Shown: positions 19,182 to 28,751 of the stretch, in pieces
Layout of the letters: every line of letters starts with the position of its first letter
Position numbering within the stretch: position 1 is the stretch's first letter
Source of the DNA: an uncultured Methanomicrobiales archaeon
GTDB taxonomy: Archaea; Halobacteriota; Methanomicrobia; Methanomicrobiales; Methanocorpusculaceae
Direction: 5' to 3'
Length of the DNA stretch: 43,096 nucleotides
NCBI GenBank assembly: GCA_964433475.1
Contig: CAYSRP010000001.1
Coordinates: forward strand, 1 to 43,096
The notes under the pieces: model-generated
Told to the model about the DNA's origin: nothing
The model's database searches: none
The model's input: only the letters and a program-made list of their open reading frames with translations
Program-made: the position numbers and the translations under genes

Positions 19182-20336
19182 ATGTACGCAAAGCGGCTGG
19201 ATAACTTACCCCCGTATCTTTTTGCCCAGATAGATGCGATGAAGGCACAGAAGCGTGCCGAGGGCGTTGATTTGATCGATCTCGGTGTAGGGGATCCTGA
19301 TTTGCCGACACCAACGCACATTGTTGATGCGTTATGTGCAGCGGCACGGGATCCGGTAAACCACCACTATCCTGACTATCTCGGGATGTTGGAATACCGG
19401 CAGGCGGTCGCCGCTTGGTATGACAAGCGTTTTGGCGTGAAGCTCGACCCGAAAAAAGAGATCCTTGCCTTGATCGGTTCCAAAGAAGGGATCGCTCATA
19501 TACCCGAGGCATTCGTGAATCCGGGAGACTATGTTCTGGTATCCGATCCGGGATATCCTGTCTATAAGACCTCTACCCTTTTTGCCGAGGGAAAATCTTA
19601 CCCTATGCCCCTTCTGGAAAAGAATGACTTCCTCCCGGATTACTCTACGATTCCAAAGGATGTTCTAGACGGTGCAAAACTTATGTTCATTGGCTATCCA
19701 AACAATCCGACCGGAGCTGTAGCACCCATGGATTACTTTGAAGAGACCGTTGAGTTTGCAAGGGACAATGATATCATTGTTGTTCATGATAATGCTTACT
19801 CGGAAATCTCTTTCGACGGGTATAAAGCACCTTCGTTCCTTCAGGCGAAGGGGGCAATGGATGTCGGACTTGAGACCCATTCCCTTTCAAAAACCTACAA
19901 CATGACGGGATGGCGTATCGGTATGTGTGCAGGAAATGCAAACCTTATCGAAGCATTCGGCAGAGTTAAGACGAATATCGATTCAGGTGTCTTTGACGCA
20001 ATTCAGCGGGCAGCGATCGTTGCACTAACCGGACCCCAGGATTCTGTTGCGCAGGCATGCGCGATATACCAGGAACGCCGTGATGCACTTGTTGCCGGGC
20101 TTCGTTCTCTTGGATTTACCGTTACTGTTCCAAAAGCCTCGTTTTATCTCTGGCTGAAGGTTCCGGATTCAGTTGAATTCGTTGCAAAAATGTTGAATGA
20201 GGCTGGAATCGTCGTAACGCCCGGGACCGGATTTGGTGTATCGGGTGAAGGATACGTCCGCTTTGCCATTACCCGCCCAGTCGAAAGAATTAATGAAGCA
20301 ATTTCACGCATGAAGAAATACGGAATCAGAGGTTAA
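19182..20336 (+). CDS. dapL: LL-diaminopimelate aminotransferase
   Basis: Class I aminotransferase (LPPYLFAQID, YPNNPTG, HDNAY, SLSKTYNMTGWRIG), 1 nt upstream of lysA. Confidence 0.88.
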   Translation: MYAKRLDNLPPYLFAQIDAMKAQKRAEGVDLIDLGVGDPDLPTPTHIVDALCAAARDPVNHHYPDYLGMLEYRQAVAAWYDKRFGVKLDPKKEILALIGSKEGIAHIPEAFVNPGDYVLVSDPGYPVYKTSTLFAEGKSYPMPLLEKNDFLPDYSTIPKDVLDGAKLMFIGYPNNPTGAVAPMDYFEETVEFARDNDIIVVHDNAYSEISFDGYKAPSFLQAKGAMDVGLETHSLSKTYNMTGWRIGMCAGNANLIEAFGRVKTNIDSGVFDAIQRAAIVALTGPQDSVAQACAIYQERRDALVAGLRSLGFTVTVPKASFYLWLKVPDSVEFVAKMLNEAGIVVTPGTGFGVSGEGYVRFAITRPVERINEAISRMKKYGIRG

Positions 20337-20337
20337 G

Positions 20338-21639
20338 ATGAATCTTCCCGACTCACTGTCAGTCAAAAATGGTCACCTTTTCTGCGGAAGCGCAGATTGT
20401 GTGGCTCTTGCAAAGAAGTATGGAACCCCGCTCTATGTCACGAATGAAAATCACGTGAGCGGAAACTTCAGACGTTACGAGGCGGCCCTGAAAAAATATT
20501 CAGAAAACGTTCAATTACTGTATGCAGCCAAGGCAAACGAAAATCCTGTTCTCTTCCAGACACTTGCACGCGAAGGTGCGGGTGCTGATATTTTCTCACT
20601 TGGCGAGATGCGTGCAGCACTTGAATCCGGCATGCCTGCAGAAAAACTGCTTTACAACGGCAGTTCAAAGACCGAAGAAGATCTTCGTGCTGCGATCGAA
20701 AAGGGGATCAGGATCTCTGTTGACTCTGTTGATGAACTCCATCAGATCAATACCATTTCAAAGCAGCTCAAAAAAATAGTAAAAATCGGGTTCCGTGTGA
20801 ACCCGGAAATTATCGTGCCCACTCATCCGAAGATCGCGACCGGAATTAAAAACAGTAAGTTCGGTATCCCGGCTGAAATGATCCTGGATGCATACCGGGA
20901 GGCTCTTTCCATGGAATATGTTGTTCCGGTCGGCATGCACTGTCATATCGGTTCACAGATCCTTGAAGTTGAACCGTTCGCAATTGCCTGCGGCGTTGTC
21001 ATGAAGGTTGCAGATGAAGTGACAAAACTCGGTGTAAAACTTGAGTTCGTTGATTTCGGCGGAGGACTTGGCATTCCCTATCATCGTGAAGGAATTCTGG
21101 ACAAGGCACCCACTCCAGAAGAGTATGCCGCCGCAGTAATGCCGGTGTTTCTCGAAGGATGTAAGAAATCAGGCATTTCCCCCGCATTCTGGGTTGAACC
21201 GGGCAGATGGATGGTTGGCGAATCGACGATCCTTCTGACTTCAGTCAACTCGGTGAAGAAAGTTCACAAGACATTCGTGAACGTCGATGCAGGATTCAAT
21301 CTGCTGATTCGTCCGGCAATGTATGATGCATGGCATGAAGTTGTTATCGCAAATAAGGCGGATAAACCCGCGGTAGGGACCTACACCGTTACCGGTCCGA
21401 TATGTGAGACAGGAGATATCCTCGCAGCAGACCGGTCCCTTCCCGACGTTGTTGCCGGAGATCTCATCGCCGTTCTTGATACGGGAGCATATGGGTTTTC
21501 CATGTCGTCCCAATACAATTCCAGACCACGGTGTGCCGAGGTTCTGGTAAACGGCGACAAGGCTGAACTTATGCGCCGTGCCGAGACCTATGAAGAGATG
21601 AATTCCTGCGTGGTCGTCCCGTCCTGGCACAGGAAGTAA
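20338..21639 (+). CDS. lysA: Diaminopimelate decarboxylase
   Basis: YAAKAN, SKFG, HCHIGSQ, DFGGG, EPGR, GPICETGD and GAYG..MSSQYN motifs. Confidence 0.97.
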   Translation: MNLPDSLSVKNGHLFCGSADCVALAKKYGTPLYVTNENHVSGNFRRYEAALKKYSENVQLLYAAKANENPVLFQTLAREGAGADIFSLGEMRAALESGMPAEKLLYNGSSKTEEDLRAAIEKGIRISVDSVDELHQINTISKQLKKIVKIGFRVNPEIIVPTHPKIATGIKNSKFGIPAEMILDAYREALSMEYVVPVGMHCHIGSQILEVEPFAIACGVVMKVADEVTKLGVKLEFVDFGGGLGIPYHREGILDKAPTPEEYAAAVMPVFLEGCKKSGISPAFWVEPGRWMVGESTILLTSVNSVKKVHKTFVNVDAGFNLLIRPAMYDAWHEVVIANKADKPAVGTYTVTGPICETGDILAADRSLPDVVAGDLIAVLDTGAYGFSMSSQYNSRPRCAEVLVNGDKAELMRRAETYEEMNSCVVVPSWHRK

Positions 21640-21640
21640 A

Positions 21641-22915
21641 ATGCATTACGCGCTCGTTTCGGATCTTCTTACAAAAGAAGCGTTCGATGAGCGTGTGGAG
21701 AAAAAGGTCGAGTCCCTTGGCGGTCTGGTAGATGAAGTCACAGCCGCCATGCTCGTTGTGGATGAACTCGGGAGAAGCCACATAAAAATTGGGGATATTC
21801 CGTCGGCACGGACATCCCTGGTTTCTTTTTTCGGCAAAATTCTTGAGATCAAACCTCCTCATGAGTTTACCCGCGAAGGAGAAGGACCCGGACTTGTTGC
21901 ATCCATCGTTCTCGGTGATCCAACGGGAACGGTGACGATGAGTCTCTGGGACGAGCGGGCACAGGCTGTTTCTGAATTGGATGTTGGATCGGTCATTGAG
22001 GTTATCGGAAAACCCCGTCTCGGGAAAAAAGAGATAACGTGTGTAGCTCTCCGCGAAAGTAATGTAACGATAGTGGAGACGAAAAAACCGCCGACATCTG
22101 AAATCATGGCTTCGCCGCTCGTTGGAAAGATTCTCGTTGCATTCGAGGTGAAAGAGATCACCCGCCGCGACGGGACTCCCTCATCTCTTCAGGAATTCAT
22201 TATTGGTGATGCATCGGGAACTGCACGTCTCGTCTGTTGGGAACCCGAGCTTTTCTCTGATGTGGATGAAGGAGCGTGTGTTTCGATTGACGGCGTTCAA
22301 AGAAAAGAGGATGAGGGGATCGTTGAGTATCTTGTTTCCGATGCAGCAGTGATCAGTCTTCTTCCGGAGGAAATAGATGTCCTTTCAACGGATGCAGATG
22401 ATGTAACCGAAGGGCAGACTTCTGTTGTGACCGGGGAGGTCGTTTCCGTCACCGATATAAGATCATTTATTACCCGGCGCGGGACCGAATCTCATGTCAG
22501 AAATGTTCGGATAACCGGATCTTCAAAGAAGACCACGGTAAACGTTGCTCTCTGGGGGGACGCGGCAGATGTACTGATTTTGCCGGGTGATGCCATTCAA
22601 GTAGTGAATGCCGTAGCACGTCTGAATAGATATGGGGATATCGAATTATCCGTCGGGCGCGGGTCGGCAATGAGATCAATGATTACGCCAGGGAAAAAGT
22701 GTTCTGTTTCCGGCGTGGTCATTCCAAGACCCGAGGGTCTGTCACTTGACGACGGAAAAAATGTCTGGATGATTTTTACGGAAGAAAACCCGGTTGCCGG
22801 GGCCCAGGTCCAGGTAACGGGAACGTGCCGGTCCGGACGTATCTATGTTGAGACGATAATAGAACTTCCCGCTGATGTAAGTACACTCAGCGACAGGCTA
22901 TCTGCTCTTTTATAA
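21641..22915 (+). CDS. rpa: Replication protein A-like multi-OB-fold ssDNA-binding protein
   Basis: N-terminal helical domain, then repeated OB folds with F.R/T.RDG loops and GD.TG...(S/A)LW motifs. Confidence 0.85.
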   Translation: MHYALVSDLLTKEAFDERVEKKVESLGGLVDEVTAAMLVVDELGRSHIKIGDIPSARTSLVSFFGKILEIKPPHEFTREGEGPGLVASIVLGDPTGTVTMSLWDERAQAVSELDVGSVIEVIGKPRLGKKEITCVALRESNVTIVETKKPPTSEIMASPLVGKILVAFEVKEITRRDGTPSSLQEFIIGDASGTARLVCWEPELFSDVDEGACVSIDGVQRKEDEGIVEYLVSDAAVISLLPEEIDVLSTDADDVTEGQTSVVTGEVVSVTDIRSFITRRGTESHVRNVRITGSSKKTTVNVALWGDAADVLILPGDAIQVVNAVARLNRYGDIELSVGRGSAMRSMITPGKKCSVSGVVIPRPEGLSLDDGKNVWMIFTEENPVAGAQVQVTGTCRSGRIYVETIIELPADVSTLSDRLSALL

Positions 22916-23095
22916 TCCAAGTTTATCGGTGATCTTTCTTTTTGTGTAAGAGATGAATGCCTGTTTGCATTCCGGAGATGAAATGAAGTCATAAATTATC
23001 TGGTCGAAAATCGGTTTGACGAGTGGATTGTTTGCCAAGTCGCCTGCCATTTCTGTAAGGGCATTTTTGTATTCGGTATTATTTTTTCCAGTCAT
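22910..23095 (-). CDS. Small hypothetical protein divergent from radA
   Basis: 61-aa ATG ORF filling the rpa-radA gap, with a TATA-like TTATAT about 25-30 nt upstream; no family recognised. Confidence 0.55.
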   Translation of the reverse strand: MTGKNNTEYKNALTEMAGDLANNPLVKPIFDQIIYDFISSPECKQAFISYTKRKITDKLGL

Positions 23096-23212
23096 GTTGA
23101 TAGATGGATGCCTAATGAATATAAGTATATTGGAGTTAGAAAACTCTCAAGATATTTACAAAAATAAAACTCACTCTCACTCAATGAGAACGGTATTTTT
23201 CTGTATCCCCGG

Positions 23213-23247
23213 GGCATTATCGCACCGCGCGGTTAGGGGTTTATAAG
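23213..23247 (+). promoter_or_regulatory. radA promoter: palindromic box ACCGCGCGGT upstream of TATA box TTTATAAG
   Basis: GGCATTATCGCACCGCGCGGTTAGGGGTTTATAAG; TATA begins 57 nt before the radA ATG; near-identical copy at 33798-33829 on the minus strand. Confidence 0.75.
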
Positions 23248-23296
23248 GACCCGTGCTGATTTACTAGTATATCTGTAAAAGGAGTTTAGAGAAGAT

Positions 23297-24286
23297 ATGG
23301 CAACAATTGATATTGAGGACATTCCGGGAGTCGGTCCGGCAACGGCTGACCGTTTACGTGAAGCAGGATACATCACCGTTGAAAGTGTTGCGACAGCAAC
23401 ACCGATCGATTTGGCTGAAGCTGCGGAACTTGGCGAAGCAACAACAAAAAAGATCATCAAAGCTGCACGGGAAATTGCCGATATCGGCGGATTCAAAACC
23501 GGCACAGATATTCTTGCACGCAGACAGGACGTTTTGAAACTCAAAACGCTCGTGCCGGAACTTGATGACCTGTTAGGCGGGGGTCTTGAATCCCAGGCCA
23601 TCACAGAATTCTATGGTGAGTTTGGTTCGGGAAAATCACAGATTGTACACCAGCTTGCGATCAACTGTCAGCTTCCAAAAGAACTAGGCGGACTTGGAGG
23701 AAGCTGCCTCTACATCGACACGGAAAATACCTTCCGTCCGGAACGTATCACCCAGATGGCAGAAGGGCTGGAACTTGCCGATCTTCCAGATGGTTATACG
23801 CTTCCGACAGCTGATGAGTTCCTCGCGAACATTCATGTGGCGCGTGCCCATTCCTCTGATCATCAGATGTTATTGATTGATGCGGCCCGCGATCTTTCCA
23901 ATGAACTTTCAACATCCGACCTCCCGGTAAAACTCATCATCGTTGATTCGCTGACAAGTCTGTTTCGTGCAGAATATGCAGGACGCGGGACTCTTGCCGG
24001 AAGACAGCAGAAACTTAACCGGCACATGCATGACCTCTTCAAACTCGTTGATGATTTGAATGCCGTCGCGGTTGTAACAAATCAGGTCATGGCAAATCCT
24101 GGACTTCTGTTTGGTGACCCGACAAAACCAATCGGTGGAAACATTGTCGGGCACACTGCGACCTTCCGTTTTTATCTCCGGAAGAGTAAAGCTGGCAAAC
24201 GTATCGCCAGACTTGTGGACAGCCCGAACCTTCCGGAAGGCGAAGCCACGTTTATGGTCGAAACCGCAGGTATCAAACCCTGCTAA
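23297..24286 (+). CDS. radA: DNA repair and recombination protein RadA
   Basis: N-terminal HhH (IPGVGPATA), Walker [20 protein letters not shown], Walker [16 protein letters not shown]. Confidence 0.98.
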   Translation: MATIDIEDIPGVGPATADRLREAGYITVESVATATPIDLAEAAELGEATTKKIIKAAREIADIGGFKTGTDILARRQDVLKLKTLVPELDDLLGGGLESQAITEFYGEFGSGKSQIVHQLAINCQLPKELGGLGGSCLYIDTENTFRPERITQMAEGLELADLPDGYTLPTADEFLANIHVARAHSSDHQMLLIDAARDLSNELSTSDLPVKLIIVDSLTSLFRAEYAGRGTLAGRQQKLNRHMHDLFKLVDDLNAVAVVTNQVMANPGLLFGDPTKPIGGNIVGHTATFRFYLRKSKAGKRIARLVDSPNLPEGEATFMVETAGIKPC

Positions 24287-24306
24287 CCCCAATACTATTT
24301 TTAATC

Positions 24307-24987
24307 ATGCTCAAGGCATTTATCACTGATATTGATGGTACCCTCACGGATGCCCGTCGCAGAATCTCGACAGAAGTCATTGATGAAATGCGGAGAATAA
24401 TAGATAACGGCGTTCCTGTTGTTCTTGCATCAGGGAACACCCTCTGTTTCATGGATACCTTTTCCCATATGATCGGGACCAATGGTGACATCATTGCAGA
24501 AAATGGCGGAGTATATCGTCAGGGATTTCTGGGAAAAAAACAGGTTGCCGGCGATCAGAAAATATGCCTTGCAGCCTACGAAAAAATCGTATCTGAACTT
24601 CAGCCGAAAAACGGTGAACTACGTCTTTTCAGTTTGAAATTTCGTGATTCCGACGTTGCATTTTCTCGTGATTATCCAATAGATGTCATAAAAGACATTT
24701 TGAAAGATGTTCCGGTCGTAGTCATCGACACGGGATTTGCCATTCATCTTCAGGTTCCCGGAATCACGAAAGGTCTTGCATTTGAAAAACTTGCGAACCT
24801 GATGGGGCTCGCACCCGCAGATTTTCTGGTTGCCGGAGACTCAATAAACGACGTGCCGATGCTGGAGATCGGCGGGGTCTCGGTTGTTCCCTCAACTGCC
24901 TCGCCCGATGCAAAACGTGCCGCAGATCATGTCATGGAAAAACCGTTTGGCGAAGGAACAGCTGAAGCTCTGCGTAAATACTTCTAA
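24307..24987 (+). CDS. Phosphoglycolate phosphatase (HAD superfamily, subfamily IIB)
   Basis: DIDGTLTD, ASGN, AENGG, KG and GDSIND motifs. Confidence 0.9.
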   Translation: MLKAFITDIDGTLTDARRRISTEVIDEMRRIIDNGVPVVLASGNTLCFMDTFSHMIGTNGDIIAENGGVYRQGFLGKKQVAGDQKICLAAYEKIVSELQPKNGELRLFSLKFRDSDVAFSRDYPIDVIKDILKDVPVVVIDTGFAIHLQVPGITKGLAFEKLANLMGLAPADFLVAGDSINDVPMLEIGGVSVVPSTASPDAKRAADHVMEKPFGEGTAEALRKYF

Positions 24988-25017
24988 AAAATAAAATTGA
25001 GTGAGTATTTTTATTGT

Positions 25018-25269
25018 TCAGCGAAGCATGTATCTGTCGACTACAATGAAGTCTGTAATATCCTTTACAGCTTCAAACGGCAGGGTAATTGCCTCGTTTT
25101 CGACTTTATAACCGGTTGTATCAAAACCGGCATCCGGACGGATGATCAATGCCTGTAATTGTCCTGTTGGGGCATCAAAGGAAACATTTCGAATCTGACC
25201 GATAATTTTTCCATCGGTGCTCATGACCCGCTTCCTGCGTATGTTATGGGTAAACTGCTCACTCTGCAT
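25018..25269 (-). CDS. PRC-barrel domain protein
   Basis: KRVMSTDGKIIGQIRNVSFD..TG...LII and LPFEAVKDITDFIVV patterns. Confidence 0.88.
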   Translation of the reverse strand: MQSEQFTHNIRRKRVMSTDGKIIGQIRNVSFDAPTGQLQALIIRPDAGFDTTGYKVENEAITLPFEAVKDITDFIVVDRYMLR

Positions 25270-25326
25270 GGTTAATCAGTTTAAAGTGTGATAAGATACT
25301 ATTTATCAGTTTGGATAATAATTTCT

Positions 25327-26205
25327 TTAAAGTGATGGAAACACCCGGATAATATCCGAATGGGTCAATATTCCAATTGGTTTCTCATTGTCGGTCACGA
25401 TTACTCTGCCGATATCCTGTTCCTTGAACCGTTTGACAACTTCGTAAAGCCGCATCTCTCCCGGGATCGTCACGACCTTCCGGACCATCACCTCATTAAT
25501 GGGAGTGGTTGTCGGCACTTCATGATCCAGCGCAGTGACGATATCCGTGAGTGTTACGATCCCCAGCAGATTTCCGTTTTCAATTACCGGAGCACCGTGG
25601 ATCCTTTTCTGAAGAAATGTTTTCATGACATAGGCGAGCGTCATATCAGGTTCCAGCGCAATCAGGGGAGTACTCATATACTCCTTGATCTGCTTTTTTG
25701 GAAGCGAGGTCATCTCTGTCGTTGAGATCAGGAGACCGCCATTACTCTCATCTTTTCCAAAGACCTCTCCTTTGATGAGTAGTTTGTTGACCGGGGTCGG
25801 ACCTATTGTTATCTTGTCCCCAATATCGAACGAACGCACGTTGCCGATTATTTTAATGAGCGCATGACATAGATCTGCGTGCGTAAGTGTAGTAAAAGCA
25901 ATCTCCTGCACGCGCACTTCATCGACAGGTTCACCATTTTTCAGGATGGCGACCTCACTCTCGGAATAATCGGATGAAACATTGAGTTCATTGTATGCGC
26001 GTGCCGTTGGCTGATATCCGCCTTTAGGTCCGGGAATGCCGTCAACTAATCCAAGTACCTTAAGTGCCAGCATCTGATTTCTGACCGTACCGGGATTTCT
26101 CCGGATGATCTCTGCGATGACTTCACCTTTGACGGGATGGGAATATTGATGATAAAGCGAGATAAGTGTAATAAGGATATCTTTTTGAATTAGTGATAAA
26201 TCCAT
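25327..26205 (-). CDS. HTH-CBS domain protein (putative metabolite-sensing regulator)
   Basis: N-terminal wHTH (IAEIIRRNPGTVRNQM..LKVLGLVDGIPGPKGGY) and C-terminal CBS pair. Confidence 0.88.
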   Translation of the reverse strand: MDLSLIQKDILITLISLYHQYSHPVKGEVIAEIIRRNPGTVRNQMLALKVLGLVDGIPGPKGGYQPTARAYNELNVSSDYSESEVAILKNGEPVDEVRVQEIAFTTLTHADLCHALIKIIGNVRSFDIGDKITIGPTPVNKLLIKGEVFGKDESNGGLLISTTEMTSLPKKQIKEYMSTPLIALEPDMTLAYVMKTFLQKRIHGAPVIENGNLLGIVTLTDIVTALDHEVPTTTPINEVMVRKVVTIPGEMRLYEVVKRFKEQDIGRVIVTDNEKPIGILTHSDIIRVFPSL

Positions 26206-26243
26206 ACTACTAATTCTTTCTGATTGCTATAGTAATAAACCAA

Positions 26244-27281
26244 ATGGATTGGATGAAAATGTATTTCGATAAAATACCTACCGTGCTTACAGCAGACGAA
26301 CTGCTAGACCGCAGTTTCCGCCGTGCTACTAAAAAAATGCGGGATAAACCAGATAAACGCCATGCTAATGAGGATTTTGTTAGAGCAATTACTCAGGCAA
26401 CACATGATAAGCTGGTCAGTACTATCCAGAGTTTTCCCGAATTCGAAGAGCTTCCGCCATTTTATCGGGACCTCTGCGAAATATTGTTCGGGATGGAGAA
26501 CCTGAAAAAGAATCTCGGAATGATCGGGTGGGCTGCAAAAAATGTTCGTGATGTAGGTTCCAGTATCTCCCGGGGAATGCGCTGGTCTGATCCGCAGGTG
26601 GAACGAAAACGGGCTGTTGCACGAATTGCGTCGATCGTTCACCGTGCCGATGACGCTCTCAGATATATGAATGATGTGAGAAACGTTCTCAGAGAACTGC
26701 CTGCGATCAGCACAGATGAATTCACGATAGTGGTCGCCGGTTATCCAAACGTAGGAAAGTCCTCGTTTATTCGCCTGGTTTCCAGTGGAGACCCCGAGGT
26801 AGCATCCTATCCGTTTACCACAAAAGGGGTGATCGTCGGTCACCGGAATGCTGAACGCAGACGAAAGATCCAGTTCATCGACACCCCGGGTCTCCTTGAC
26901 AGACCGGACGATGAGCGGAATGTTATCGAAAAACAGGCACTCAATGCTCTGATCTATGTGGCAGATCTCGTCATGTTCATCATTGACGCCAGTGAAAACT
27001 GCGGATACTCGCTTGAAGATCAGATGAAACTTCGCGAAGAGATCGATGCAATTGTCTCTGTTCCGATGATCTCCGTCGTGAACAAATCCGATATGAAAGC
27101 CATTGATGGATACTTCAACATGTCCACCGTCACAGGTGAAGGTGTCGACGAAGTTCTCGCCGAACTCTTACATCTTCGCGAGGCGCACAAAGTCGATGAG
27201 GAAGTCGATATACGTTCCGAACTCCCTGTCCCTGAAATGAGACGGCATGGGGCAAGACTCGACACAGATACGGATTTCTAA
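26244..27281 (+). CDS. NOG1-family GTPase
   Basis: G1 GYPNVGKSS, G2 YPFTTK, G3 DTPGLLDR, G4 NKSD; Nog1 N-terminal helical region. Confidence 0.93.
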   Translation: MDWMKMYFDKIPTVLTADELLDRSFRRATKKMRDKPDKRHANEDFVRAITQATHDKLVSTIQSFPEFEELPPFYRDLCEILFGMENLKKNLGMIGWAAKNVRDVGSSISRGMRWSDPQVERKRAVARIASIVHRADDALRYMNDVRNVLRELPAISTDEFTIVVAGYPNVGKSSFIRLVSSGDPEVASYPFTTKGVIVGHRNAERRRKIQFIDTPGLLDRPDDERNVIEKQALNALIYVADLVMFIIDASENCGYSLEDQMKLREEIDAIVSVPMISVVNKSDMKAIDGYFNMSTVTGEGVDEVLAELLHLREAHKVDEEVDIRSELPVPEMRRHGARLDTDTDF

Positions 27282-27306
27282 TCCTAATTTTTTTGAAAAA
27301 AAATAC

Positions 27307-27954
27307 TTATTCTTTTTTATATTCCCCGTGCTTTTTCCAGAGATACACGATTCTCTGGAGAGCAGAAAGATTCGTGCAGATCGCTACAATGATCACTGCG
27401 ATCCAGATATAACCGATGACCCCGAAGAAAATAAGCGCAATTATTGTCTCGGGTCTGCCGAAGAATCCGATCCCCTCAAGAGGGTCGGAGATCTTTCCAT
27501 CTTCTTTGCAGGTGTAGCCGATCTCCGCATACGTTACCGGTTTGATAAACGTATTCATGATCGAACCAATAACCGCCGCTCCTGCAACGAACATATCGGC
27601 AGTCGGTGCGAACCCGGTGAATTGGGAAATAATAGGGATCCCCGACAATCCAATCGCAAGGAGAACGATCCCATCCACATATTTATCGACGATCCAGTCA
27701 CTGATCGCTCCAAAATCGCTTTTCTTCTTGGTGATACGCGCGACCGAACCGTCTGTCAGATCGAGAACTCCTGAGATTAACAGAAGGATACTTCCAACTA
27801 AAAACGATTGACAAAAATAGCAGATAGCTGCTCCTATCCCGAAGAAAAGCGAAAGGAGGGTTATCTGATTCGGGGTAAACCCTGTCTTTACAAAAAACCA
27901 GACAATCGGGTTGGCCCATCCCGTGAGTTTGTGGCGTAACGATGTGATATTCAT
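27307..27954 (-). CDS. CDP-alcohol phosphatidyltransferase (archaeal phospholipid headgroup synthase)
   Basis: TPNQIT and D.TDGSVAR....SDFGAISD.IVD signature. Confidence 0.92.
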   Translation of the reverse strand: MNITSLRHKLTGWANPIVWFFVKTGFTPNQITLLSLFFGIGAAICYFCQSFLVGSILLLISGVLDLTDGSVARITKKKSDFGAISDWIVDKYVDGIVLLAIGLSGIPIISQFTGFAPTADMFVAGAAVIGSIMNTFIKPVTYAEIGYTCKEDGKISDPLEGIGFFGRPETIIALIFFGVIGYIWIAVIIVAICTNLSALQRIVYLWKKHGEYKKE

Positions 27955-28034
27955 GGATATGTAGATAAAATGATTTATGAGTGCGTGCTAAATAACTATA
28001 CATCGTCTAAATATAATAATCAGAAGGAAACCTC

Positions 28035-28712
28035 ATGGATACAATGAATAAACCACACGTGCTGATGATCTCGGAAATCACTGCAGACGGGAAACTTACC
28101 CTTGGAAAAGGTATTTCCAGCAAAATACTGATGAAGCACATGTCGCACGAAGCTGAGATCCTTCTTCATGAGACCCGTGCGGAATACGATGCAATAATGG
28201 TCGGTTCATCTACAATACGTATCGATAACTCCTTTCTTACCGTCAGAATGGTTCCGGGAAAAAGTCCGATCCGGGTGATCCCGAACAGCCTTGCCGACCT
28301 TCCCCCTGAATCGAATGTGTTTGATACGACCCTTGTCCCAACCGTTTTGGTAGTTTCTGCCAGGGCACCAAAAGACCGGGTCGAAGCATTCATCACGAAA
28401 GGTGTCGACGTGCTGATTTGCGGAGAAGATAGAGTGGATTTCCCGAAACTGATGGATATTCTCTACACAAAATACAACGTGAAAAAACTCATCATCGAAG
28501 GAGGACCGACCCTCAACTGGCACATGCTCCATCACAATCTTGTTGATGAGATCAGATTGATCCACATGCCCTTTATCGTTGGCGGAAGTGACACTCCTTC
28601 CCTTGTCGGGGGTATGCAGATCGCATCTGAAGAAGATATGATCCGTCTTGATCTAACCAGCACAAAGATGTACGGATCAAATCTCGTAACAGAATACCGC
28701 GTGCTGTATTGA
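28035..28712 (+). CDS. RibD C-terminal/DHFR-family reductase (ArfC-like pyrimidine reductase)
   Basis: TADGK, DAIMVG.STI..DN, IEGGPTLN and LVDEI motifs. Confidence 0.85.
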   Translation: MDTMNKPHVLMISEITADGKLTLGKGISSKILMKHMSHEAEILLHETRAEYDAIMVGSSTIRIDNSFLTVRMVPGKSPIRVIPNSLADLPPESNVFDTTLVPTVLVVSARAPKDRVEAFITKGVDVLICGEDRVDFPKLMDILYTKYNVKKLIIEGGPTLNWHMLHHNLVDEIRLIHMPFIVGGSDTPSLVGGMQIASEEDMIRLDLTSTKMYGSNLVTEYRVLY

Positions 28713-28751
28713 AACAAAATACTTAGGTTCACCCAACCTATAATTCAGATA

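Noticed and set aside
23176-25005. 10-bp inverted repeat CTCACTCAAT / ATTGAGTGAG flanking radA and the phosphatase gene
   Set aside because: Short enough to arise by chance in 43 kb; it flanks core genes with no transposase or target duplication.
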